Shown: in pieces, positions 30,683 through 40,317 of the stretch
Position numbering within the stretch: the stretch's first letter is position 1
Layout of the letters: each line of letters opens with the position of its first letter
Source: a virus
Length of the DNA stretch: 64,000 bases
IMG/VR virus record: IMGVR_UViG_3300025853_000044
Location: 1-64,000 of that record
Reading direction: 5' to 3' (one strand)
Notes under the pieces: model-generated
What the model was told of the DNA's origin: nothing
The model's database searches: none
Seen by the model: the letters and a program-made list of their open reading frames with translations, nothing else
Translations under genes and position numbers: made by a program

Positions 30683-31657
30683 ATGGCAGGATTTGGACAA
30701 ACAGCAAACGCACAAAAAGAAATCAAGAAAGAAGAGAAGGCTCAGCCGCCTATGGCTGTCACCACCATGACAGGTGGAGACATGTTCGCTGACATGCGAG
30801 CAGAAGAGGCGAAGATGACTGAACAAGACATTCAGCACATGTTCATTGGATTGGCTGGTTTTGATGGTACCTGTAAATCGGGTGTCGTCACTCACGCTTT
30901 TGGAGAATACCTCAAGAAGCATCCCGACGCTATCATGCCTGCGATTGATTTTGACATGGGAGTTGCCATGCTTAATTCAGCAGTGAACAACAACCCCAAC
31001 ATCAAGTCATGGAAGCCATGGCAGATGGGGGTCAATGACCGCACGGCTTACGACTACCCCGGTACGCATGACCGAGTGATGAAAATCATGCGCTACATTC
31101 TCCAACAAGTGGAGAGTGGAGAGGCACATGTTTGGGGTGTACTCGTGAGTGGCCTTGATTCATGGTTGGAGATTTGTACCAACAACATGCGTATCATTGA
31201 CTTGGGACTGGCCAAGGACGGCATTGAGTCGGCTGACATCCGTGGTGCTGGTGAGGCCAAGCGTGTGGAGCGACAGTCCGATTGGGCGATTCGCAACACT
31301 CGGTTCCACCAACTCACGGCTCTTTCTCGTAGCCTTGTGCGTGCTGGTGTTCGTGTCTTTTGGGAGACTCACCTTCGTGCTACGAACTTCTCCTACGGCA
31401 AGGAGAGCGACAAGACAACGCTCGCCCCGGAGTGGGAGAAGAAGACCAACAACTACCTTCCTACCATCATTTGGATGGAGCAGGAACAACACTACAACGA
31501 CGAGAACGAATTGGTCAAGACGGAGTACAAGGCTCGCTTCAAGAAATGCAAGACGAACCCGGAACTTCAAGACCAAACACGCACTGTGTTTGTGACTCGT
31601 CCTAATGGTGAACCCGAATGGTTTGGCTTGCCCGAACTGTATGATGGGAGTTTGTGA
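30683..31657 (+). CDS. RecA/RadA-superfamily P-loop ATPase (Sak4/AAA_24-like)
   Basis: IGLAGFDGTCKS Walker A variant, IDFDMG, VLVSGLDS, FWETH, K.RF.KCK. Confidence 0.6.
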   Translation: MAGFGQTANAQKEIKKEEKAQPPMAVTTMTGGDMFADMRAEEAKMTEQDIQHMFIGLAGFDGTCKSGVVTHAFGEYLKKHPDAIMPAIDFDMGVAMLNSAVNNNPNIKSWKPWQMGVNDRTAYDYPGTHDRVMKIMRYILQQVESGEAHVWGVLVSGLDSWLEICTNNMRIIDLGLAKDGIESADIRGAGEAKRVERQSDWAIRNTRFHQLTALSRSLVRAGVRVFWETHLRATNFSYGKESDKTTLAPEWEKKTNNYLPTIIWMEQEQHYNDENELVKTEYKARFKKCKTNPELQDQTRTVFVTRPNGEPEWFGLPELYDGSL

Positions 31658-31814
31658 TACTCGTTGCATCCCGGTAATTGAGAGAGGTTTTAGCAGGTAA
31701 TGAATGGACAATGTTTCATGGCTTGTGCAATTTAGGTTGCACGCTAAGGGGGCTTTGTATCTTGGTTCGGTGTTTCCCCTCCTTCCATTCCCCTCTCTTA
31801 CAAGGTGATTTGAT

Positions 31815-32567
31815 ATGACGAAAGTAGTAATTGACAGAAAGAGTTTGCTGGACTTCCTTACCTCGTTTGGTAAGGGCGTGACTGATGTACGCATGAGTTG
31901 TGCTGGCAACCGCTTGACGGTTGAGGTGGGCTTCGCAACCTACTACCTGCGTAAGCAACTCGTTGGTGTCACCATTGAGGATGAGGGCATCATCCACATT
32001 GCTTTACTGGAAAAAGCAATTGCTTTCCTCAAGGCCAGCAAGCAGGATAGCGTGACGCTACGGCAGACGGCTGAGACAAAGCCACTTCACTTGGAGGCTG
32101 GTGGGAACAAACTGCAACTACCAAGCACTGACGACATTACCTCAGCGGCCAAGACCGTGGTAGTGCGTGCCCTACTTGAGAAGGCATCGGCACAGGGATG
32201 GAGCAAGTTCGCTGATGATGAACTGTCCGTACACGCTACGCTCAAGACGAAGGACTTGATTTCACTGGCTGGTATGAAAGGATTGCTGGCCAAAGACTCC
32301 ATGTACAAGATGCGTATCCACTGCGGCGAGGGTGAGTTTGGTATCGTGGCTGGCAAGGCGGCTACTGGTCGCCTGTTTACCACTCTACCTGCCCTTGACA
32401 CGGACGGCCCGAATGCTACCGTACAGACACACTTCGGTGAATGGCTACCCACTTGTTTGCAGTATCTTGACGATGGTGAGGCCCGCCTCTACATGGGTGA
32501 TGATACACTGGTCATCTTTGAGCAACAGAATACTTTACTGATGATTGTAAACGAGAGTGATGTTTGA
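31815..32567 (+). CDS. Putative PCNA-like sliding clamp
   Basis: 250 aa, two-repeat beta-alpha-beta pattern, between RFC and PolB. Confidence 0.55.
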   Translation: MTKVVIDRKSLLDFLTSFGKGVTDVRMSCAGNRLTVEVGFATYYLRKQLVGVTIEDEGIIHIALLEKAIAFLKASKQDSVTLRQTAETKPLHLEAGGNKLQLPSTDDITSAAKTVVVRALLEKASAQGWSKFADDELSVHATLKTKDLISLAGMKGLLAKDSMYKMRIHCGEGEFGIVAGKAATGRLFTTLPALDTDGPNATVQTHFGEWLPTCLQYLDDGEARLYMGDDTLVIFEQQNTLLMIVNESDV

Positions 32568-34963
32568 TGATTATTGACTTCATCTCCGATGACCCCTACG
32601 AACCGCTCACCATTTACGAGCGTACTCGTAGGGCTGACGGGGTGTTGAAGGAACGCTACATCACCCACGAAGACAGGGGGTATGTGTATCCATTCTGTTG
32701 GGTACGACAAGGTGCACCGAACTGGGTGCTTAATCGCTTACGCAACATCCATGCCCGTGTACTCAAGGACGAGGTTGGTGTAGGACTTGACGGTGGAAAG
32801 TTGTGGAAGGTGCAGGTGAACCACCCCAATCAATTGTGGGAAATCAAAGACTTGGTAGGCAAGTGGACATACGAAGCCGATTTGAATTACCTTGACCAAA
32901 TCCTTCTTACCAACTATCCCGATGAGTTGCCGGAGTTTCACCCACGCAAGTGGTACTACGACTTGGAGTGGGAAACATCGGGCGACGGTGCCATCACGGT
33001 CATGGCTGTGGCTGACACACACGCTGAACACAATGTGGTGTTCGCTTGGAGTCAAGAGTCCATTCGTGATACCATCACCAAGACCGAGTGGATTGACCGC
33101 TACGAAGGGTACGAGTTGCGTACCTACCCCAATGAGGACAAGATGCTCATGGGTTTCCTTGAACACCTCAAGGAGTGCGACCCCGACATGCTGATTGCTC
33201 ACGCTGGTGGATGGGCTGACCTACCCAAGTTGCACGAGCGTATGGGTGCCCTGCGTCACGACATGTCTCCCATTGGTTACTTCCTCCCACCGAAGAAGGA
33301 CGGGTCGGGATACAAGTCCACGGCTCAACCCATCAAAGGGCGGCTGGTGTTTGACACAGCGGCTCAAGCGGCTGAGGGTAGTGGCTTTGAGGGTGTGTGG
33401 CAGAAGAGCGGGCGTGGGCAAGCACAGCAACGCAAGTTGAATTGGTTCGCCACCGAACTCGGACTTGGTCACAAACTTACTGATGAAATAGAAGGCATGA
33501 CCGTACACAACGGTTGGGCTGAATACTATGATGACTTCGTGGATTACTGTTTGGTGGATACTACACTGCTTCGTGACATTGACAAGAAACTCAACTGCAC
33601 TGATTTCCACCTCGCACTACAGCAAGTTGCTGGTGTACAGTTCGGTAGCACGCACAATGTGAGCCGATACTTCCGTGGTTTAATTGGTCGTAAAACAAAT
33701 CTCAAGGCACCAACCTCCTACATTGAGGAACGGCCCGAACTACAGGCCGCATGGGTAATGCCTCCTGTACCGGGTCGTCACATGAATGTGGCGTTGAAGG
33801 ATTTCGCATCCCTATACCCGAACATCATTCTCTCCGCCAACTTGTGTCACACAACACTTACTGACCAACCCGGCCCCAATGTTCTCACACTTGACATCCC
33901 ACCTAAGTTGGGTGATGATGGTAACTACATTCCCGGCACGGGTGGTGTATTCCATTGGAAGCAAGACAAGGAAGGTTTGCTTCCGAAGGTTGTCAAAGAC
34001 CTACTCGCTCTTCGTAAGCACTACAAAGGTATGATGAAAGAGGCTACCGACCCCGATGAGAAGTTGGGATACAACATGCTACAGATGGCTGTCAAGGTTT
34101 CAGTGAATGCCATCTACGGTATGGTGGGTAGTCGCAAGGTTCGTGGGCAGTGGAGCAGTTATGAGATTGCTCAGTCCATCACTTACCTTGGGCGACAATC
34201 CATCGCCATGCTGGTAGAGCGTAGCGAAGAGATGGGGTACCGTGCGTTGGCTGGCCACACTGATTCATGCTACATCCAAGTACCCTTTGAGGAGGCTGAA
34301 GAAGTAGCACAGAAACTCACCACCATCGCACAAGAAGAGATGGGGCTGAAGTACCTTGATGTGGAGTTGGAGGCGTTCTTCCCGTACTGGTTTACTGGTA
34401 ATGTGAAGAACCGTAACTTCGGTGTCAAGTCATGGCCACCCGAAGAAGAGGGTGGTATGAAAGTGACTGGCTTCTCCATCAAAGCCTCAAGTGCGCCACC
34501 GCTGACAAAAGAATTACTGGGTAAAGTATTCCGAATGGTTTCCACTGGAAGTGAGGAAGAGGAAATCTTTGATGAGATTCGTCCCGCTATCCGTGAGGTG
34601 TACTTGGGTGAGCGGCCCGCTACTGATGCCTCTTCGTATGGGCGTGTCAATAAGAACTTGGACGACTACGACAAGGTGGTACCCAACCCCGCTAAGGCGG
34701 CACGATATTCCAACGAGCATCTTGGTACAGGCTACAAGAAGAACGACAGCGTAAGGTGGGTGTTTGTAGATGATGTACCCGAAGGACAACCATACTGCAA
34801 TGTGGTGGCCTACGAGGATGAGCGACAACTCAGTGAGTACGGCATTGACTGGACAACCATCGTTGACAAATGGATTCATCGTAAATTAAAATTGGTGTAT
34901 GAAACACTTGATTGGGATTTGGAAAGGCTGACGGCACGCCGAGTGCCGAGAAAACTGTGGTGA
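32564..34963 (+). CDS. polB: Family B DNA polymerase with 3'-5' exonuclease
   Basis: YDLE, YCLVD, DFASLYPNII, KVSVNAIYG, GHTDS, KNRN. Confidence 0.95.
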   Translation: MMIIDFISDDPYEPLTIYERTRRADGVLKERYITHEDRGYVYPFCWVRQGAPNWVLNRLRNIHARVLKDEVGVGLDGGKLWKVQVNHPNQLWEIKDLVGKWTYEADLNYLDQILLTNYPDELPEFHPRKWYYDLEWETSGDGAITVMAVADTHAEHNVVFAWSQESIRDTITKTEWIDRYEGYELRTYPNEDKMLMGFLEHLKECDPDMLIAHAGGWADLPKLHERMGALRHDMSPIGYFLPPKKDGSGYKSTAQPIKGRLVFDTAAQAAEGSGFEGVWQKSGRGQAQQRKLNWFATELGLGHKLTDEIEGMTVHNGWAEYYDDFVDYCLVDTTLLRDIDKKLNCTDFHLALQQVAGVQFGSTHNVSRYFRGLIGRKTNLKAPTSYIEERPELQAAWVMPPVPGRHMNVALKDFASLYPNIILSANLCHTTLTDQPGPNVLTLDIPPKLGDDGNYIPGTGGVFHWKQDKEGLLPKVVKDLLALRKHYKGMMKEATDPDEKLGYNMLQMAVKVSVNAIYGMVGSRKVRGQWSSYEIAQSITYLGRQSIAMLVERSEEMGYRALAGHTDSCYIQVPFEEAEEVAQKLTTIAQEEMGLKYLDVELEAFFPYWFTGNVKNRNFGVKSWPPEEEGGMKVTGFSIKASSAPPLTKELLGKVFRMVSTGSEEEEIFDEIRPAIREVYLGERPATDASSYGRVNKNLDDYDKVVPNPAKAARYSNEHLGTGYKKNDSVRWVFVDDVPEGQPYCNVVAYEDERQLSEYGIDWTTIVDKWIHRKLKLVYETLDWDLERLTARRVPRKLW

Positions 34964-34964
34964 T

Positions 34965-35570
34965 ATGATGAGCAGAATTGAAGACGAAGTGTGTAAGAAG
35001 ATTGCACAGCGAGCGGAAGTAGGCAAGAACAAGTACGGGGTGACTATGGAGACAGCCCCGTTGTCTCGCCTTGAATGGCTCATTCATGCACAGGAAGAGG
35101 CCATGGACTTGGCCGTGTACTTGCAGAAGTTGATTGAGATGGAAACACCTGTAGAAGAAAAATTCTTTCCTGTTAAAGAAGCATACGAAGAACTCACCGA
35201 CGATAATTCCCCTGTTCCTTTACACAAAGTAGTGTCGCAGATAATTGAAACTCAAAAAATTCCTTATGGTGAGGCTATCAAGTTGTTGGAACAAGAAAAG
35301 AGAGAATATATTTTTAATTTCAAAGAGGGTATCAGCATGATTCAAATGGCACCTCATCCAAACAAAGAAGAGATATACTCACAAGACCAGCACAATACAC
35401 ATCCTAAACGATGTGAGGCAATTACTGTACATGGCACACGATGTCAAGTTCCCGTTCACCACGACAGACCTCACTACAACAACCCACACAACCCTTGTAA
35501 GAAGGAAAAGTTGCTTTGCTGGCAACATTGTGATTGTGGTGGCTCTCATTTCAATGAGGTGGAAGAATGA
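34965..35570 (+). CDS. Protein with an N-terminal MazG-like all-alpha NTP-PPase-type domain and a Cys/His tail
   Basis: G.NKYG...WL.HAQEEAMDLAVY (EExxD); C-terminal RC..RC..CWQHC. Confidence 0.5.
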   Translation: MMSRIEDEVCKKIAQRAEVGKNKYGVTMETAPLSRLEWLIHAQEEAMDLAVYLQKLIEMETPVEEKFFPVKEAYEELTDDNSPVPLHKVVSQIIETQKIPYGEAIKLLEQEKREYIFNFKEGISMIQMAPHPNKEEIYSQDQHNTHPKRCEAITVHGTRCQVPVHHDRPHYNNPHNPCKKEKLLCWQHCDCGGSHFNEVEE

Positions 35571-36595
35571 GATGGAACCCCAACGGTGATGATAGTCGTC
35601 CACTCATTGAGGACTACCTCGCTGAGACAGGCCACGAGGAGGAGGCCGAGTCCTACCGCATGAGTACCTATGCGTGGAGTCCACTGCTCACGCCCGACAA
35701 GAAACTGCGGGTCACCAAGTCAAGCCTCGGTACCTTCGGTTGGTGTCGCCAGCAATACTACCTTGAGAAGTTCAAGGGCTTGCGTGGAGAGACAGTCGCT
35801 CACCACATTCGTGGGTTGAATGTCCACGACATGATGGAATGGTTTTGGGCAAACTTCACTACTGAACAAGAGGTTGAGGTATTGGCACTGGCTGATGATG
35901 TACCCAAGGCTCGCCAATTGTTTTACGCCGCTATCCCTACACCACCCGAACCTTACATTTATGGTGAGGATGAGCAGATTGCTCAGTGGACTGAGTGGCA
36001 GTTCCAACGCCTCCTGCACACTGGTGGTAAGCAATGGCGACCTACGGGAGTTGAGGCCAATGTCCACGCTACACGGTTTGTAGAAGTGGACGGCGAGGCT
36101 ATTCCTATTCACATCAATGGATTCATTGATACGCTGTTTGCTGATGATGACGGCTTTGCTCTCATGGAATTGAAGACGGGTAAGTACAAAGCCCGTAGCA
36201 AAGTCCCATCCATGCGAAAAGAAATGGCGTTTTACAAGATGATGCTGGAACACAGCAAGCACGCTGAGTTCCTACCCATCACCCATTGGGGATGGGAGTT
36301 TCCCGGTGGGGGTATCAACGGGGGCGAAGGCCCAACGATTTACTACGAGCCTACTGAGAAGAAGTGGGCGGCGATGAAGTCTGTGGAGAAGGCACTTGAA
36401 AAACTGGTGAAGGCTCACATAGACATGGACTTCCCTCCCGACCCATGGATGGGTAGGAAGCGAGAAGATGAAACACTTGAGGACTTGTTGGAACGCAACG
36501 GCATGAAATGTTCGTGGTGCGACCACAGGGAACACTGTTCCTTTTGGTCACTAACTGATGAGTTCCTTGACGATATAATGGAGGAAAAACAATGA
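35567..36595 (+). CDS. Cas4-like PD-(D/E)XK exonuclease (solo)
   Basis: N-terminal Cys (WCRQQY), G.NVH, GFID, ELKTG, C-terminal CSWCDHREHC; 4-Cys Fe-S pattern. Confidence 0.8.
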   Translation: MRWNPNGDDSRPLIEDYLAETGHEEEAESYRMSTYAWSPLLTPDKKLRVTKSSLGTFGWCRQQYYLEKFKGLRGETVAHHIRGLNVHDMMEWFWANFTTEQEVEVLALADDVPKARQLFYAAIPTPPEPYIYGEDEQIAQWTEWQFQRLLHTGGKQWRPTGVEANVHATRFVEVDGEAIPIHINGFIDTLFADDDGFALMELKTGKYKARSKVPSMRKEMAFYKMMLEHSKHAEFLPITHWGWEFPGGGINGGEGPTIYYEPTEKKWAAMKSVEKALEKLVKAHIDMDFPPDPWMGRKREDETLEDLLERNGMKCSWCDHREHCSFWSLTDEFLDDIMEEKQ

Positions 36596-36900
36596 GAAAT
36601 GCAGTGATGCTATTGGAAAAAGTGTTGAACGACACAGTGAACGAAGAGAAGTACAGGGTGCGAGTCCAAGTGACGAAGCAAGGCAATTTGCCAAACCGTG
36701 CGGCTTTCATCCGAAAGTCGTACAGGCAAACAACTTTGCATCAATTCATGGACAGCGGTATTGGTGAAACACCACACACCGTTGGCCCACTGGACATCAT
36801 CTACACCGTGCAAGCATGGTACATGAAGAGTGAAAACATTTCCGATACGCAAGATAGTTTGAAGAAAGATTTGAACGAATACCTGTTTAGCCTACGGTGA
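36592..36900 (+). CDS. Small protein with a PIP-box-like motif
   Basis: QTTLHQFM matches Q-x-x-L-x-x-F-phi. Confidence 0.55.
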   Translation: MRNAVMLLEKVLNDTVNEEKYRVRVQVTKQGNLPNRAAFIRKSYRQTTLHQFMDSGIGETPHTVGPLDIIYTVQAWYMKSENISDTQDSLKKDLNEYLFSLR

Positions 36901-37994
36901 TTGTAGTGCCCTTCGTGCCCATTGATTATCCTCGTGAGGTGCTTGAGTTATCAAGCACTGGGGATAAGGGCTGGCGGCGCATGGTAAAAAACGCTGAGGA
37001 ATTAGAATCCTATTGGCGAGGCAAGAGTGGTAGCGGTAATGTGTACTTCACTGCCTACGGCTACACAGCGACACAGGCACCAAAGCACCACCGTGTGGAC
37101 TACAACACACCACTCATTCATCACTTTGTGATGGACTTTGATTGCAAGGACTTTAACAACAAAGGTGCTGATGTAGCGTTTGATGTACCACAGGAAGAGG
37201 TACGCCGCCTGCATCAATATCTTATGAGTAGCAACACCCTACACTACATTTGGTTTAGCGGTGGTGGATTCCATGTATGGATTCCGTTGGCTGAAACACT
37301 CGTACCGAAAAGTGGTAGCGAGGTTTCTCGCATCAAACAGTCGGGGCGGGTGTTGATTAAATCATGGGAAAAAGAAATTGGGCCGTTAAACTGTAACGAC
37401 CCAACTGTGATGTTTGATACCAGTGGTATGATTCGCATACCCAACTCGTACAACGCCAAGCGCGGTGCGTGGTCTGTACCACTCACCAGTGAAGAGGTGA
37501 TGACCCTCTCGTTTGACGGTTTGATGGACAAGGGTATGGAAGCACACAGTGGGTACATCGCCCACGGCGAAAATAAATTACTGATGAATTTAATTGAAAA
37601 TAAGTTTGCTGTCAATTATGACCTCAAGCCGGTGGACTTGCCTACCGTATCACTCAACGACATTCACATCCTCCCTTGTTTATCTCAAGCGGCCATGGGT
37701 GGGGGCAACCCACCGCACCGGGCAAGGTATCATTTCGCATCGTACTTGGCTGACCGTTTCCGTATGTTCTTCCCTGCTTGGCGTGTAGGAAACGAAGAGA
37801 AGGAAGAACACATAAGGAACATCGTGAGTATCTGTGAACAACAGGAATGGGTGGACTACCGATACGAGAAGACTGAGGAACAAGTGAGGAGCATTGTCAT
37901 GACAGGATACTCTCATGCCACCTGTTCAACATTATATACTGAAGGCTTCTGTATGGGAAAGTGCAAGTATTACGATGGTACGGGTGTGAATTAA
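36897..37994 (+). CDS. Archaeo-eukaryotic primase, PriS catalytic domain fused to a PriL-like Fe-S domain
   Basis: MDFD, FSGGGFH, DTSGMIRIPNS; LPCL, H.AR, CSTL..GFC..KC. Confidence 0.88.
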   Translation: MIVVPFVPIDYPREVLELSSTGDKGWRRMVKNAEELESYWRGKSGSGNVYFTAYGYTATQAPKHHRVDYNTPLIHHFVMDFDCKDFNNKGADVAFDVPQEEVRRLHQYLMSSNTLHYIWFSGGGFHVWIPLAETLVPKSGSEVSRIKQSGRVLIKSWEKEIGPLNCNDPTVMFDTSGMIRIPNSYNAKRGAWSVPLTSEEVMTLSFDGLMDKGMEAHSGYIAHGENKLLMNLIENKFAVNYDLKPVDLPTVSLNDIHILPCLSQAAMGGGNPPHRARYHFASYLADRFRMFFPAWRVGNEEKEEHIRNIVSICEQQEWVDYRYEKTEEQVRSIVMTGYSHATCSTLYTEGFCMGKCKYYDGTGVN

Positions 37995-38207
37995 ATGAGG
38001 AATAAATGGGTTATCAAGAGATTAACTAAAATGCTCTACGAAACAAATGGTGCTGTTTCAATTGAAACACTGTACGATGGGTGTCTCAGTTTGAAACAAT
38101 CACCAACAAGACAGCACATAGGCACAATCCTCTCATCCATGAAGAATGTAGAGTTTGTAGAAGAAGGTGTATGGAGGTTAAAGGATGAAACCCCAACTGA
38201 TAATTGA
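37995..38207 (+). CDS. Small possible winged-helix protein
   Basis: PTRQHIGTILSS...GVWRL pattern. Confidence 0.45.
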   Translation: MRNKWVIKRLTKMLYETNGAVSIETLYDGCLSLKQSPTRQHIGTILSSMKNVEFVEEGVWRLKDETPTDN

Positions 38208-38883
38208 CAGCAATGAGCGTGGCTTGCTTTGCGAATCCGTAGAGCGCAAGGCCACTAAAGCAGGATTAACCGTGGCACGCCAAGTGTTGGTGGTTGGAGA
38301 CTACCAACTTGGTGGGGCGTGCGTTGAAGCCAAGAGCATAGGTGATTTGTTTCAGTCAAGCCACAGTGGACACCTGTGGCGACAACTGGATAACATGGAT
38401 GCCAACTACGAGCGTTTCTTCCTTGTCGTACACGGCGACATCGCCAAATACATCGCCATGGCGAAAAGGAATGGGCGAACAAAAATTTCATATTCAAAAG
38501 TGCAAAATGAATTGATAGGCACAATGGCTCGGTTGATGGCTGATTTTGATTGCCAAGTGTTTTACTGCAACAATGTGAGTGAAGCCGCATCGTTCATTGT
38601 GCGTTTGCATGGTAAACTACACAAGCCAGCGAGCAAGCACGGAGCGCAGGCGATACGCCGTGTAGCCTCCAATGACTTACGCCTTGACATGCTGATGACT
38701 GTACCGGGTATCGGACAGGAGACAGCCGAGAAGTTGCTTGAGAAGTGTGGGAACATTGAGGAGATGTGCTTCCCCGAATCCATCAAGCAGGTGAAAGGGC
38801 TTGGAGAAGTGAGAAGAAAGATGCTTGTTGATGTACTAACGAGTGAGGAGCCTGTGCGTCAAGAGCGCAGGGTTCGTCGTTGA
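38185..38883 (+). CDS. ERCC4/XPF-family nuclease with tandem HhH
   Basis: IIDSNE, GDY, VEAKS..DL..S, L.RQ; VPGIG and VKGLG HhH motifs. Confidence 0.88.
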   Translation: MKPQLIIDSNERGLLCESVERKATKAGLTVARQVLVVGDYQLGGACVEAKSIGDLFQSSHSGHLWRQLDNMDANYERFFLVVHGDIAKYIAMAKRNGRTKISYSKVQNELIGTMARLMADFDCQVFYCNNVSEAASFIVRLHGKLHKPASKHGAQAIRRVASNDLRLDMLMTVPGIGQETAEKLLEKCGNIEEMCFPESIKQVKGLGEVRRKMLVDVLTSEEPVRQERRVRR

Positions 38884-38903
38884 GTATATAAATCGGCAAA
38901 GAA
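38883..38903 (+). promoter_or_regulatory. Promoter motif copy 9 (AGTATATAAATCGGCAAAGAA)
   Basis: Starts 28 nt before ATG 38911. Confidence 0.85.
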
Positions 38904-38910
38904 AGAGGGG

Positions 38911-40317
38911 ATGAAGAACATGTTACTCAAAGAATACCGTGCCGTTGAACGATTCCCCATTTTGAAGGCTTACCTTCATCACTTTTCACAGACCTCAATG
39001 AAGAATGAGATGCCGGGTTTGCTGTCATTCTTTTTCATTCAAGGACAAACTACACTACCATACCTCCGGTTACCTACTGGTGATACTCACCTTGACTTGC
39101 GAGTGCATGTCTTTTGGATTCAACCGTCCCGTACAGGGAAATCAATCGCTTGGAACTTTATCAGTGACATTATGGAGCAGGCTGAGATTCCCTTTGAGTT
39201 GTTTGCATCGGGTACTGATGCAGGTTTGATTGGCTCAACCAACGCTATTCTTGATGACAAAGGAAAACCTACTGGTGATGTAGAAACTGTAGAGGGTCTT
39301 CTTGCGGGGCGTAAGGGTATCAATTTTGACGAAGGTTCCATCCTTCTTACACCCAACAAGCACAGCCAAGAGACAGTATTGTACCTACAGACGGCGTGCA
39401 ACCCTGTGGGTAGCGGCAACAACACACTCGTGAAGCACATGAAGGGAAACAAAATTGAGTGTCCCTCAATGGTGTCGTTGTGGATTACCACTTACCCACC
39501 AAAGGGTGTCAAAGATTATGTTCTCACGAAGGGTATCTTTCAGCGTGTGCTGTTGTACTATCGCCACTGGGACATGGATGAGCGACAGGAGGTAAGCAAT
39601 CGCCGTCTTGGTACATTCTTTGGCCGACCGCCCAAGAATGAAATCACCAAGGATGATTTGTATGCGTACTTCAAGGATACAGACAAGCGTATTCGTGACC
39701 GCCTACTTGACATGGGTGAACTCACCTTCACACAGTGGTCGGAGATGAGCGGTGATGACAAAGAGATAGTTGTACAGGAGCACATGTGGGAGATGTTTAC
39801 CCCATCCGACGATTATCAAACGGCTTTGTATCAAGCGTCCGATGAGTTGTACGACCTGTTGCGAAACATGAGTCCATCCATGTCCGAGATTGTGGCATCG
39901 TTTACTCCCGCCATTGAGAACTACTTGGGTATCTTCTCAGTACACATGGCTATCCTTGATGAGAAGTGGGAGGTCACTGCGGAGCATGTGGACTTGGCTC
40001 ACGAGATTTTGATTGACTTATTCCAAAACCTCATCGCATGGCTTGAGGATTCAGTTGAGGTTGGTGGCAACAAGCAGAAAGAGTCTAAGGCTCATGAGGG
40101 TATGATTGCCGCTTACAATGAATGTCAAGCCTACGAGATTGATGGGCATGGCGACGGGTGGCGATTACGCTCCATGTTCTTCAACATCTACATGGAGAAA
40201 GCCAAGGTGTCCAAGAGCACCGCCGAAAGACACTTCAAGGATTACGGTGGCTCCCTGTTTAAGAGCAAGAAGAGCGGTGGGCGTGTGTTCATTCGCAAGG
40301 TAGGCGATGCACAATGA
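38911..40317 (+). CDS. Divergent MCM-like AAA+ ATPase (putative replicative helicase)
   Basis: HVFWIQPSRTGKS, TDAGLIGS, NFDEG, IFQRV arginine finger, wHTH-like C-terminus. Confidence 0.55.
   Translation: MKNMLLKEYRAVERFPILKAYLHHFSQTSMKNEMPGLLSFFFIQGQTTLPYLRLPTGDTHLDLRVHVFWIQPSRTGKSIAWNFISDIMEQAEIPFELFASGTDAGLIGSTNAILDDKGKPTGDVETVEGLLAGRKGINFDEGSILLTPNKHSQETVLYLQTACNPVGSGNNTLVKHMKGNKIECPSMVSLWITTYPPKGVKDYVLTKGIFQRVLLYYRHWDMDERQEVSNRRLGTFFGRPPKNEITKDDLYAYFKDTDKRIRDRLLDMGELTFTQWSEMSGDDKEIVVQEHMWEMFTPSDDYQTALYQASDELYDLLRNMSPSMSEIVASFTPAIENYLGIFSVHMAILDEKWEVTAEHVDLAHEILIDLFQNLIAWLEDSVEVGGNKQKESKAHEGMIAAYNECQAYEIDGHGDGWRLRSMFFNIYMEKAKVSKSTAERHFKDYGGSLFKSKKSGGRVFIRKVGDAQ

Noticed and set aside
31658-31814. 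tRNA gene
   Set aside because: GGTTCG is present but no cloverleaf or acceptor stem could be built.
32564-34963. Intein in PolB (or RFC)
   Set aside because: Lengths are normal and no C...HN splice motifs interrupt the conserved regions.
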